From the human T2T-CHM13v2.0 reference genome, Homo sapiens, in NCBI RefSeq assembly GCF_009914755.1, contig NC_060935.1: a DNA stretch of 64,000 bases. One strand, given 5' to 3'. The position numbers and the translations under genes were made by a program. Shown here piece after piece: positions 12,801 through 26,479 of the stretch (position 1 is its first letter; each line of letters opens with the position of its first letter). The notes below the pieces were generated by a model. It was given only the letters and a program-made list of their open reading frames with translations, was not told the origin of the DNA and did no database searches.

Positions 12801-15800
12801 ACAGCCCAATTGCCTCCTTAACTGTCTCACAGGGGCAGTAATATCAGTAAAGGGAAGGCAGCTTTTCTCCTCTGTCAGCTCACCATGGCATGGGCATACC
12901 TGCCTCTTGCCTTGCTCTGAGTGGGCAAACCTCTGTGGACGTGCGAGCTTGATGCCGGACTCCAGCATCAAAGACAGAAGGAACCAGCTTTGTGAATGAG
13001 GTCAAGGCCCACTCGACACTCTCATTCTCTCCTTTCTGCTCACCCCACACTTTATCCCTCCCTCCCAGAAGCTCCTGTATGTCTTGTTCCCTTGTGATAT
13101 GTCCAGGCTAATAGAAGCCTGCATTTACTACTAATATCTCCTTCTGTTTTTGTTGTCTCCTTAAATTATAAAAGTGGTTGTCAGGAACTCTTTGGGAACA
13201 CCTGGTTGAAGTACCAAGGTATACCCATTGCCAGAGATCTACCTTCTGACTCCTCCTGGCTTCCCCAGAGGAGGATGGATGATAATGCTACAGGCAAGAA
13301 GGAGCTTGAACTCCAGGATGGCCACCTGGATATATCACTTTGACTGCAGCTGGTGACATTTATACTTCAGGTTACACCTATTTCATCCCCTTTGCTCCTG
13401 AAATAGAAGGGCTGGATTTATTATTAGCAACCAAAAAGAAGAAATGGAAACTAGATAGCATAGCTGGGATTTAATTCTACAGCAACTCAAGGTTGAAGGA
13501 AGAGTCCAACAGAGACCCTCTCATTCCCTGAAATGGAACTGCGAAAAGCAAATCATATATTCTAACTTAATCTTCATAAGAATTATGAGACATAGGTACT
13601 TATGTCACCATTTTACAGTCTTAGATAGAGAATGGGAGATGAAGTCACCTTCTCAAGGTCACACAGCTGATAGGGGAAAATCTGGTAGGTGAACCTGTCC
13701 TATATGCAGCCAAAGTTTGCAGCATTTGGCCTGGACCAGAGTATGGGCTCTGGAACCCTTACTAGCTAGATGCCTTTGGACAAGCCATCTCTATACATTA
13801 CTTTCCTCATTTGTGAAATGGGGTGAACAGTAACACACACCTCAGAGAGTTATTTTGAAGACCAAATAGGGTGATGCTGTGCATGTAAAGAGGTTGGCCC
13901 AGGACCTGGCAGAGCTGGTATTTTGGTTTTAAGGAAGGGTCACACATGTCTTCCATTTATGAATTAAAAAACAATCTGACTTGGTCAAATGAATCCAAAC
14001 AAGGAAATGTGGGTTTCTGGGGGGTAAACCCACAGACACATAGGCACACAAGACACATGGAAACTCCCCATGGTAAAAACTGGAAAACAAACAAGCAATG
14101 CTTCTGAATGTGAAGAAGGCAGGGTGTTTGAGTAAATTTTCTCCTGGGGGAAAGCGCTGTGAAAGCAAATTAAACTTGTCTCCCAGAAGCACAAACACAA
14201 GCAGGCTCCTGCCAACATCTGAAAGAAGTTTTCTCCCATTGCACTCTAGATTGGCACTGGGCAGGTGCCAGGTGCTGGAAAGCTGTTCCATGGCCTGTGA
14301 TGTGTCGGTCCCTATGGATGTCCCAGCTTTCTTTGCAGACGATGGAATTCAAAGGCCTTCAGTCTACAGCAGTCTAGGTCAATGCAATGACAAAAATTTG
14401 ACAAAGCCCCTGACAGACTGGGCTTGAAGCCAGTTCTGTGCCAACATTTGAATTGGAAGATCTGTTTTCAGTCATATCCAGAAGTCCACCAACCACTATT
14501 AAGACCAGCTCTAAGGAAAGGTCTAGGAGAAAGATTGTTTCCTTATTATATTCAGTCTTGGCTATTTGTTAATTATTTCTTTGGGGACAAACCAAATTTT
14601 ACCAATAAGACTGTGAACTCCTTCAACACAGCCATTATGTCTGGTTCTCCAAAGAGTCTTGTGATTGCTAAACACAAACCAAGAACTCAATAATATTTAT
14701 TGTATTGATAAACAAAGCAGGAATACAAGGGGAAAATAGAGGAAAGAGGTCAGAGAAGTGGGGATGCCACAATAATCAGGTTCCAGAGGCGTTTGGTGGC
14801 CAAGAAACATACTGTTTCCTTTGCCTCTATTTTTTTATTACAATGCCTAGAATAAACAGTGATACGAAGCTGAATTCCACATTGTACTCTCAGACCATAT
14901 TTGGAGTTCAGCAGTTCACATCTGGGAGCCACGTTTAAGACACTGATGAGTTAAGCTAGAACGTGTTCACTGAAGAACAACCAGAAAGATTAAAGAACTT
15001 GAAACCACATTTCAAATAAAGAATTCTTGAAGGAATTGAAAATTCAGCTTACTAAGGGGGTTATGACATCTGTTTAAAAATATCTGAAATGTAATCAGGT
15101 GAAATAAGGACTTTGTTTTGTGGCCCTAATAGGTTGACCAGGGTCCAGTGAATAAGGACTATAGTCCTTGGGAAACAGACTTGGTTCAAAAGAAGAATCA
15201 ACTTACTCACTTTCTAAGAGTCAGAGCTGAATACTACTTACTACATTGGGTTACGTTCTGTTTACATGTATGTATCTGCCCAAATATTGTAAACTTCTTG
15301 AAGGCAGGAAATGTGTTATTCATCTCTGGATCTCTGGCAAATAATATCCTTGACTCAAAGCAGGTAATGAATGTTTGTTAGCTGAATGACTAAAACGAAT
15401 GACCTAGGTGATCTACAAAGTCATATATTTTCAGTCGCTGGATGTATTCAAGGAGAGAGCAAATTAATGACTAGTGGGGATACTGCAGGGGGTATTAAAG
15501 ATGAAGTGTATGACATCTTCCAAGCCTGAAATCTTATGACTCTGTGAGTCATGGTGTAAAGGAACTTGCTTGGACTGTCTCAAGAAACTTGGGTTCTAGT
15601 CCTACTCCTGCCATCCACTTGTTAAGAGACACTGATCAAATTCTTTCCTCCTCAGGGCCTTTCTTTTCATCTACAAAATTTATAAAATTTATTCAGTAAA
15701 TATTTACTAAGAATCCACTCTAGCTCAGGAAGTGTTCCAGTGAAGTGGATGGCTTTAGTGATTGGTCAGGTCTAACCTCCTGTGATCTGATGAATCAACC

Positions 15801-15866
15801 TGAATTGTCAGGACTTAGAAAATGATACATATAGATGAAAAAGCTGAGAAAAGAATCGTCATGTTC

Positions 15867-16101
15867 CATGAGAACACATGGATACAGGAACGTGAACAAC
15901 ACACACTGGGGCCTGTTGTGGGGTGGGTAGAGGGAGAGTATCAGGATAAATAGTTAAGGCATGTGGGGCTTAATATCTAGATGACAGGTTGATAGGCGCA
16001 GCAAACCACCATGGCACACGTTTACCTATGTAACAAACCTGCACGTCATGCACATGTACCCTGGAACTTAAGATAAAATTTTTTTTTTAAAAAAAGAAAA
16101 A
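15867..16101 (+). mobile_element. 5'-truncated L1PA 3' end with A-rich tail
   Basis: gagaacacatgg...acacactggggcctgt...gcagcaaaccaccatggcacacgtttacctatgtaacaaacctgcacgt...ggaacttaa. Confidence 0.9.
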
Positions 16102-16196
16102 CAATAGACAAGAAATAGGAACTAAGGGCTGATTTACATTTTATTACTTCAACCAATACAAACTGTAAGTTAAAATTAAGAAGAAGTCATCATGTT

Positions 16197-16780
16197 CGTG
16201 GCCGGGCAGAGGGCAGAGGGGGAGACGTTTGCTCATTTCAGGAGCTACCTTAACTTTTTAACCCTCCCTGCGGTTCCTGAGATAACAGTATCGCATTATC
16301 ATCCATCCCTTGATGGGAGCCTCAAGCGGCCCCGAGGTTAGCCTCCTTCCTGGCTGTTGGCGGCAGCGCTCTCGGATGCCAGTGCGACACTCTGGGCTCT
16401 TGTTCTGCTGCGTCTCCCAGCGGTGCCCCGTGAGCACGTGCCAGAGAGATCACTGAGACACACACCAAGTACTGGGGAGACAGCCAAGTGCCGCGCTCTT
16501 CAAGAGCACTAGGCCCTTCTGAGGAGAGGCGAGCGCTCCCGGGAAATGCCTCGTCTTCCCTCCACCCTTAACCCACAGCAGCTCCAGTGCAATGCCCCGG
16601 CCTCAGCGCCTGCCCAGCGGTGGCCCAGGTGCAAGAGACAACACCTCGCCCCGTTCCCACTGCCCACAGCTGATTGGACCCGGCTGAGCACCTGACCCAA
16701 GCCAAGCTCAGGCACAGGCTGAACGGTGCTCTGTGACACAGCCCACTGGGCAGAGGTTCCGGGCCAATAAGAGCCCGTTC
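16197..16780. promoter_or_regulatory. Intronic CpG-rich element (sub-threshold CpG island) with CTCF-like, E-box and CCAAT motifs
   Basis: About 30 CpGs counted in ~580 bp against a CpG-poor background; GCTGTTGGCGGCAG 16353-16366, CACGTG 16435-16440, ATTGG ~16673, CCAAT ~16764. Confidence 0.5.
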
Positions 16781-17170
16781 TCTAGTATTTGAACTAAAAT
16801 GTACCCAGGGAACTTAGCATTCAGGAGCAGGAGACAAAGGGTGTGATAGGAAGAGACGGGCTGGTGAGGTCCTTAAGGTCAAGGTGGAACCAAAGTGAAG
16901 AGGAAGCAGTCCTGAGTGAGGAGAGAAAGCTCATGAATGGAGCTGAAGCCTGGAAAGAGGCGGGAACACTGCAGCAAGACCAGCAGTGAAGCCCATGAAG
17001 GAAGAGAATGAATGAATGAAAGGCCCCTGAGCTGCCCGGATTCCTAGAAGCTTCTCGGTGCCTATTTTCGTCCCCAGCAATAGGAATGTTTTAGAAACGA
17101 CTTCATTGCCACATCAGCTTTTCCTTGAGATTGCTTGTGTTTTGCCCCTTGCAACGGAAAAAACTAATTT
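16510..17170 (+). mobile_element. Old ERVL-class LTR (LTR16/LTR33-like)
   Basis: gctgattggacc...gcacctgacccaagcc...gggccaataaga and terminal cccttgcaac...aaactaa resemble this family. Confidence 0.45.
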
Positions 17171-17484
17171 ACCTTGGCACGTCACCAGGATCTACTTCAT
17201 AGCTTGGAGGCTTTGATAATAGCTGATAAGTGCAGAACTTTTTGTTTTTCAAGTATTTCCACATACAGTTTTATTTCATTCTTACAACAGTTCCGTATGT
17301 AGGAAGGGAAAGTGTTCTTTCCCATTTCGTAGATGAGAACATGAAGGCACAGATACTTGCCTAAGTTGATGCCGCTAATAAGTGACAGGGCCAGTATCAA
17401 AATCTGGATTTCTACTCCTACCTAACCTAGGGATTCTTCTACCATACCACAACTGCCAATCCGGTTAAAAAAATAAAAGCATGC

Positions 17485-18195
<711 letters not shown>

Positions 18196-18724
18196 CATGC
18201 TGATCCCATTCCTTTTGCCTGTAGATTAGTCAATTATAGAGTCAGGACTACTGCAGAGGATGCTGCCAGGGCCAGTACATTCCAACTGGTATCTATTTTG
18301 GCTTTGTTAACTGAAACTCTGGTTTTCAAACATGCCTACCAGTATTCAAAAATCAAAATGCTGCTCCAGCCACTCGCAAATGTATCACACTTGGACAAAA
18401 ATATTGATTTGTTGATCAAGTCTCTATTGACTCCACTGTGTTAAAGCTGTCAGGAGGGAGGATCCAAAGCATGGTCCTTATTCTCGAGGAGCACTGGGAA
18501 GGCTTTAGCCTTTAGAGTCACTACACCGGTCTAGGTCTGAATTCCAACCGTGTGACTTCTGAGGGTGTGATTTGGAGAAGTCACTGTATCTGAGTCTCAG
18601 TTTACTTATTAGTGAAATGAGAAAACTATTTGCCTTACACAGTTGTGAAAAATAAAACCACCATATATATGCACCTGGTACATAAAAGATACTCAGGAAA
18701 TATTAGTTTACTCCTGTATAAGCT

Positions 18725-18880
18725 CTGTGATTTTCAAACTTTATCCTTGTCAGCCATCTGAAAGCTTGTTAAAACATGGATTGCTGGGCCCTACCCACCA
18801 GAGTTTCCAATTTAATAGGTCTGGGGTAGGGTCTCTGGTGATGATAATATCCTTGGGCTGGGGCTTTGAGAACCGCTCGT
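18725..18880. mobile_element. MER5-like hAT-Charlie fragment
   Basis: gcttgttaaaacatggattgctgggccc...ggtctggggtaggg...tttgagaacc. Confidence 0.6.
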
Positions 18881-19422
18881 CTGGAAGAAAGACAGACTTT
18901 ACACACAAGTCTGTAAAAAACAAGCCAGAGGGGGCAGAAAGATCTAAACTACCCAAGAATGCAAAAGAGCTTGTGGACCAGTTCCAAAGAGGAGGGCTTG
19001 GTCCTCCAGGAGGTAGTATTTGAATAGCTCTTAAAGAATATACAGGCTTTTGAAATGCAAAGCAGTTCTGGGCAAGATGGAGGTCAAGTAAGAGTAAGAG
19101 CCAGATCCAGAATAATCATTTTTGCTGCTCCCACACAGTGACCGGCTGATCATAATGCCAACTTCATGTCAAGTCTGTCTCTGGGACAAATTACTTAAGA
19201 AATCAGTGTAAAACACTCAACTCAGCTGCTGGCTAGAGAGTTCCATCTAATGAGCATCACTTTGTGTTGAATTCTTCTGTGATGACAGACAATGCAGGAA
19301 AAGAAACAAGTTCTGAGGAAGTGGGGTGTGGGGAGCTGCTAATTAGTCTCCAATCATTTATCCAGGCTTGTCACCAAGCTCTCTACTACTTACAAACCAA
19401 ATAGAAAACCAAATCCCCCTCC

Positions 19423-19766
<344 letters not shown>

Positions 19767-19931
19767 TGAAAATGCACAAAACTATATAAAGATAACCTAG
19801 AGACTTACAGGTAAAAACCTCTATGTTGGCTTGGACTGTACCTGGAAAATGGAAATATCCAGGCCATGTTACTCATGGCCTGGACTGCTGCATCAGCATT
19901 CTAAGTGGACTTCTGTCTCCAGGCCTGCCCC

Positions 19932-20015
19932 TTTGTGATGTCTACTCCAGATGATAAGGGGCAGTAGCCTTCCATAGGGTTACTGTCCCTTATCATCTGG
20001 AGTAGATATTACAAA
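19932..20015. repeat. Near-perfect inverted repeat: 40-bp stem, 4-nt loop
   Basis: 19932-19971 pairs with 19976-20015: 35 Watson-Crick pairs and 5 G-T pairs on the + strand, no bulges. Confidence 0.95.
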
Positions 20016-20029
20016 CAGGAGCCCTATGG

Positions 20030-20315
20030 ACACTTCTGTTTATGTAGTGTTTTCAAAAATTTGAATTAGTTGCCAGAACTTTTTAAAAATGAGGTCAAAG
20101 AAAAATCTTCATGTTGGCTTTCATATATCTATTTCGATACTTAGAACTTGTTAAATACAAAAAAAAAGTTTTTAAATTGGAAGATCCAACATGGGAATAA
20201 TCTCTTCTCATTTAGGGCAGGCCCAGACCCTGTGATCAGCCACAGGCCATCTCTGTAGCTTCCTGCACTAATGTCACCTGCCTGGTTTCTAGGCATCCGA
20301 ATATACCACCCAGGC
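20030..20315. mobile_element. MER102-like hAT-Charlie relic
   Basis: gtgttttcaaaaatttgaattagttgcca...tgtcacctgcctgg...taggcat resembles recalled MER102. Confidence 0.45.
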
Positions 20316-20321
20316 CTGGAG

Positions 20322-20592
20322 CAGTGTTTTCTAAAAGTCACTTATTTGGGTACTGCTTTTATGCTGTTGCCATATTCACATACCATCTGTCCTATTACTC
20401 ACTTAGCATTTTTCAATTCATTTATTTTCTTAACTTTATTTAACATAGAAATTCAATATCACTATGAAATAATGATTTGCTATATCTAACTATATTTCTC
20501 CAGTTTACTAAAATAAATACATAATTTTTGAAATAGAGTCTGTCTATGTATAATCTAAAATAATCTTGGGAACTATACTTTAGAAAACACTG
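20322..20592. mobile_element. Non-autonomous hAT-type MITE with perfect 14-bp TIRs
   Basis: cagtgttttctaaa at 20322-20335 and tttagaaaacactg at 20579-20592; decayed 8-bp flanks gcctggag/gagaggag. Confidence 0.65.
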
Positions 20593-20817
20593 GAGAGGAG
20601 AAAGCCCAAATTTCTGAACCAGGAGTTTAAGGATCCAATTGCCCTTTTCAAGTAAGGTCTTTCTCATGCCCTCTTTGTGCTGCTGCCAAATTACTCCCCA
20701 CCTGAACCCACACTCCCTTTTCAGCCTCCCTGACTGAGCCCACTGCTCATAACTTTACCTGAAAATCCTCTTTTCCCACTTATCCGCTTGTCCAAGTCCT
20801 ATCCATCCTTCAAAGCC

Positions 20818-20820
20818 TAT

Positions 20821-20859
<39 letters not shown>

Positions 20860-21142
20860 TTTGATGGAGTTTTGCTCTTGTTGGCCAGGCTGGAATGCAA
20901 TCGTGCAATCTTGGCTCACTGAAACCTCCGCCTCCCGGGTTCAAGCAATTCTCCTGCCTCAGCCTTCTGAGCAGCTGGGAATGCAGGCATGCACCACCAT
21001 GCCTGGTTAATTTTGTATTTTTAGTAGAGATGGGGTTTTTCCATGTTGGTCAGGCTGGTCTCGAACTCCCAACCTCAGGTGATCTGCCTGCCTCAGCCTC
21101 CCAAAGTGCTGGGATTACAGGCGTGAGCCACTGCGCCCGGCC
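20818..21142 (-). mobile_element. AluS with (TTTA)n tail, inserted in an L2 fragment
   Basis: About 11 TATT units at 20818-20862, Alu body, flanking caaagcc on both sides. Confidence 0.95.
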
Positions 21143-24100
21143 AAAGCCCAGTTTAAATATTACCTCTTTCGTGAAGGTCCCCCTGGCTCTTCCTAGCAAG
21201 ATAGAGCTCTCATTTGAATCCTGATGGCAGTTTACTTCTGTCTTTCACTTATTACCTACTGCTGTCTACTTTGCAATCTAGTTATGTATAAGTATGGCTG
21301 TTTTCCCCTAGTAGACTGCAAATTCATTGAGAGGAAGGATCCATTTCCAATTCTCCCTCTTATCTGTGCTGCCACAGTGACTAGCACAGTGTTCTGTCTG
21401 GAGTAGCTGGGCAGTCAACACTTGTTAAATATCAAATGACAAAGTGCAATTTCTGGTTGGTTTTATGTCCTTTGGTGTGTTCAGCCTCAAATCTTAAGGC
21501 TGGGCTCTCTCTGTGGAGAATGCACTGCTTACTTCCTTGCTGATTTCTGTTTTTTCAAATTCCCTTTTTATAAATTGTTTCCAGACCTGCAGCTTCACTG
21601 TGATCTGTCTTCCTCTGGGCCTTTTACGTTTAGCTAGACATGGTACTGGCCTCTCTTCTCCCAAAACAGCACTAACCATGTATTTGGGGGGCATGTAGTA
21701 ATATCACTTTGCAGGACCCCAATTCTTTTCTCTAGCAAGAGCTGCCAAGATGGCATCTGTGAATTATGTACTTAAATTATTTCTATCAGGATATAACACA
21801 GTAAGTTGAATAGCAAGATGGATAAATTCTCAGGCTGCGGTGGATTTTTCTTCACAATAATTATAATGCGTGTTGGTCAGCAGCACGATGATTTGAACAG
21901 TATTTCTTTCTTATTTATCTACTAGGTAACACTCAACATAATAACTTGGGTCTATATCTTTGAGCCAGAGGCCAAGTTGGACTTCTTCTTGACACCAAAT
22001 CCTATTAGAGATCATGGTAATGTAATTATATGTTCAAGTCAAATATTTTATAGCTGCTCTAGCCACCTAGGCAGATACTTCCTCAGCCTCTAGGCAGAAA
22101 CTGCCCAGTGGCAAAAGCGGTAGCTACATATCTTGCAAGAAATTGAGAAATAGTTTCTGTTGTGAAAACTTTATAGAACCTTCTGGCCATTTCTGACTTT
22201 GGCAGCAGCAGGACTTTAAGCCACCACTGGATGAAGTTATAATACAAATGTTAGCTCCAGCCTGGGCCTGGCCTAAAGGGCCAGTTCCTCCCCAGTTCCC
22301 TGACCAATGTGACCAATGAGAGGGTGGCCTGTGGGGCCATCTGCTCTCCACCCAGTGGGAGGTTTGGAAGTGGTTTGGTGCTCCTACACTCAGCTATCTG
22401 TATGCCTAGATGAAGACAGCCTGAGGGGCCCCTCAAGCACTAGACTGCAGCCCCTCTGTCTGGCCAGCCTTCCTCCTGGGTCCCTGGTTCTTTCTACTTG
22501 TCCACTGGGCTGGTGTGTGAGTGTGACCCAGGTGTGGCCAGCAGGGCCCTATCTCCCCATGTGAAGTCTCTGACTGCCCCTCAGTTCAGGGGTGGATCTT
22601 GTCTCTGGCATGTTTTGACTTGACAAGGCTGAACTCCCTGGTCCATGGCAGAGCATGGACTATGCCATCAGACAGACGTGGGTATGATTTCCAGCTCTGA
22701 CTCTCACTAGTTGTGTAACCTTGGGCAAACCATTTAGTGTCTCTGAGCTCTGGTTTCCTCACTTATCTGTTTCATGTTGGGGTTGGAGGGCTCAATGAGA
22801 TAATGCATGGGAGGCATTTAACGGGGCCTGCAGTAAATGTCTCATTAATAGTAGGTAAAATGAAACCTAGTCAGAACAAACCAAACAAAGCAAAACCATT
22901 GGGACAGGCCAAGTCGGAGGCTGCATGGTATAATGGAGAATGCACCAGCTTGCAGGCTTCAGAATGAGACTCTGGGGGTTCTAATTCTACTTTGCTATCT
23001 CCTTTGTGACTTTGAACAAGTTACTTCATCTCTCTGTGTCTCAGTTTCCTTGTCTGGAAAATGGGAGTGATAAGAAAGCCCCTGTCCACAGCAGGGATTA
23101 TAGTATTAGCAAGGGAAAGACTGGAAATAGGGGCCTGCAGACCCTTCTGTGTGGGTTAGTTTCTAGTGGCTGTCCCCTAGCTGGCCTTAGCTCACTTCTT
23201 CTCCTTCACCAGGGGCTCCTAGCATACTGTGCATGCAGGTGCGTGTACTTTGTGACAACAGGATAAGAGGGAGCCTGGATCTTGTCCTGGAACAACAGCA
23301 ATTAATGCTCCAACACCATCTCCACACAGTACTGGCTTATATCATTCAGACACAGTGAGTCCGTGTGAGATGATGTTTCTTCCGCCTACACCACAACACA
23401 CAGGGATGCACCCACATGGACGTATTGGGGCTGCTGAATCCTCTCTTCCTTTTGGCTCATACCTCCAAGGTATGGACAAACATTTTACAGACATTACTCC
23501 CTCTTTCTGTGAAAGATGAGTTTTAAAGATCTAGCCTATTCCTAGAACCCCCCGGGGCATTTCCCATAAATTCCCATCATACTGGCCAATGTCTGGCTTC
23601 TTTCCTCCACTACTGCTCACCCTGGACACCTCGGTGGTGCCCATGACCAGGGAGGCTGTTCTGATGACTGGGCCTGATCCATCAGTACAGCCAGGGGCTG
23701 GGCCCAGCAGCCCAAGGTAGAGGGTGCACAAAGGAGAGGCCTCTGAGACCTGCTCACTGTTGGCTGTTAAACTGAGGGAGAAGTGGGGCTGAGGCTAGAC
23801 TTGCTGGTCTCAAGGCTTCAAAGGAATGTAACGGAAAGCAGGAAGAACAGATCAGCACCCTCCCAGGGAGCAGACTCCCCCCTGCTGAGCCCTCCATGCC
23901 TGGCAGTGCACCAGTGTTTAGCAGGACGCAGGTGCACATCCCCTCCAGAGCAGTTGGCCTGAGGTGGCCGCTGCTCGGGTCATCTGATGGCTTTCCAGGC
24001 TACGACTCTCCGAAGGCTTGGGGAGAGCAGCTTTAATTAACGATGGCTGAGTGTAACCTCGCTTTCCTCTCAGACCCTGGGGAAATCCCAACCTTCACAC

Positions 24101-24289
24101 TCAGCCGCCAGGACAGTAAATTAAGAGAGAGACTCCGGGCAGGAATACTTTCAAAAACATCCACTGAAAGTCAAAGAAGTACTAGAATATTTGACCTCTC
24201 ATTCATCCCATCTAAACTTCTCTGATTTTTAGTGCAGATCCAAGTTTTTAATAATAAAGTGATGAATTTAGACATGAAATAAGGTAACA

Positions 24290-24470
24290 ATAGTAGCCAT
24301 CACCACCACCTGTTATTGAGTCCTATGTGCTAGGCACTGTGATAAACCCATTAAACTCATACATTATTTCATAACTCTTACCCCAGCATTAAAAGTTAGG
24401 TATGGTTATCCCTACTTTTCAGATGAGAAAATGGAGGCCTAGAGAAGTGAAATGACTTGCAGATCCCAAA
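24290..24470 (-). mobile_element. MIR
   Basis: tatgtgctaggcactgtg...ttttcagatgagaaaatggaggcctagagaagtgaaatgacttgc. Confidence 0.7.
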
Positions 24471-25959
24471 ACTGTCAGGCTTCCCAAACAACTAGTCACC
24501 GAAACCCTACTATGTGCCATGTGCAGGCAATTAAGGGATTAATTGCTTTCTTCTCTGGTTCACCCACAACACTGCCCAAGTTTCATGGCAGCTCAGGAAA
24601 ACTGCACTGGCATTAGTCATCTGCATGTCTGCCTGCTGTACTGTAACACGAGCTTGGAGGACCAAGGTGGGACCTAACTCCCTCTATGGCCCCAGCTCCC
24701 AGCTCCCAGCTCCTGGCCGGGTGAAGAGCAAATGCTTGGTCAGTTGTGATATGATGAAGGCACAGCCTCTGCCCTCTACTCTCACAGTCTGATGCACAAT
24801 GTGCTAAGTGCTTGCGGTAATAAATGCGTAAAGCCCAGATGATGGAGCAACATCTCAGGGAAGGCGAGGAAGGCATTGTCACTCAACCTTGGAGACTGGG
24901 CAGATATTCTCCAGGCAGAGAAGGGCACAGGGAATATTTAGAAAGAAAGAACATTACCTTCAAAGGCAGATGTTTTCAGAATTACAGGTAGTGCAGCGGG
25001 GCTGGCACACAGGAGGAGCGGCAGAACTGAAGCTGCAAAGGGCGTCAGCTGACAGATGCCAGTAATGAAGGACAAAAGAGACTTCCCATAGTTTGAGCTG
25101 AAGGCTCAAAGCAGCTTTATTTTAGGCAAATCACAATGCCTACTATTGTAAATATTTCTCCTCTCTGAACAGTCTTTTGAGACTGACAATAACCAGGCTG
25201 TTGGAACTACAGGTCTGGGCCTAGGGCTCTGACTCCCTCCAGAAAGCTTCCTCATTCGAACCCCAAGCCAGTCAATATACCCTTGCTTTGGGATTCAGAC
25301 TAAAAGTACAAATTAAACAAAGTAATATGAGAGCCTATTGCAAGTCAGGCACAGTGCTGGTACATTGCATTGTGTCATTAATCCTTCCAAGGCTCAGGGA
25401 GGATAACTGATGTTCTCAAGGTCTCACAGCTGGGTGGCTGCAGAACCAGGATGGGAACCCCGCTCTCATTCCCAGCCAGTCTCAGGAGGTTTCCCGCATA
25501 CTTCAAGCAGCTTCTCATCTTGGATTTTTGTTCAGTGCCTTTTCCTTTCCTTTCTTCCTATCCAAATCCTTCCGGGCCTTCTTGGTCCACCCTAGTCTAT
25601 AGTGACCCTCATGGTTGGCTTTCTCAAAATTCCCTTGACAATTCACCTTGTGCCATATAGTACTCCCCCAATTGTTGTTTTTAATGCTGTCAACGTTAAG
25701 TCTTCTCAGGCTGTGAGAAGCTCTTAGAGGACAGGGACCTCAGACTTGCACTGCCTTTGTCTCCCTTTTGGGAGCAGCATAGTGCTTTGCGTATGCACGC
25801 ACACACACAACACCAATACATATGTTTGTAAATGGATTTGCTTTTGCTTTTTATCCATATTAATAGAGTTGGGCTTTAAAAAGTAAAATCTAAATTTGGA
25901 CAGTTGTGTGACTTTCATAATTGTGTGAAAGCAAATATGAAAGAGGAATTTGGAATAAA

Positions 25960-26180
25960 AATAATATTAACATCTATTGCACACTTAGTGGGGAGCCTGC
26001 TCTGAACACTTTGCATGTGTTAACTCATGTAATCCTCGTAATAAGGGCAGGGCCTATTATTAATCCATTTCCCAACTTGTTGCCTTTGCTAAGTCTGCCC
26101 AAGGCAATGTAGCTAGTAAGAGCAGGTGGAGGAATTTGAACCTGTGTACTCAGGCTCCAGAGCTCATCCTCTGAACCCGT
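25960..26180 (-). mobile_element. MIR
   Basis: taactcatgtaatcctc...ctgcccaagg...agctagtaag...atttgaacc. Confidence 0.6.
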
Positions 26181-26479
26181 ACAACAGTGTATGGAAAGGC
26201 TGCTAAATTGTCGACATGTTCCAATCACCACAGTATCCTTAACTCGGATTATTCTAGATAATGAATGCCTAGAAACACAGACTCTCTTCCTGGAGAGAAA
26301 TAAATGCATGCTTATTTGGGTCGAATGCTGGGTGTGGACCTTGCCCTCAAATAAGCCATCCAAATGCACGGTGCTAAGTGAGGAGATGTAGAAGAAACCC
26401 CACAGGTCTCCTACAGTTCCTACCGCTGCCTCCAATGCACATTCTTCAATGTCCTTTCTTCCTTGACCTCTGTAGCATT

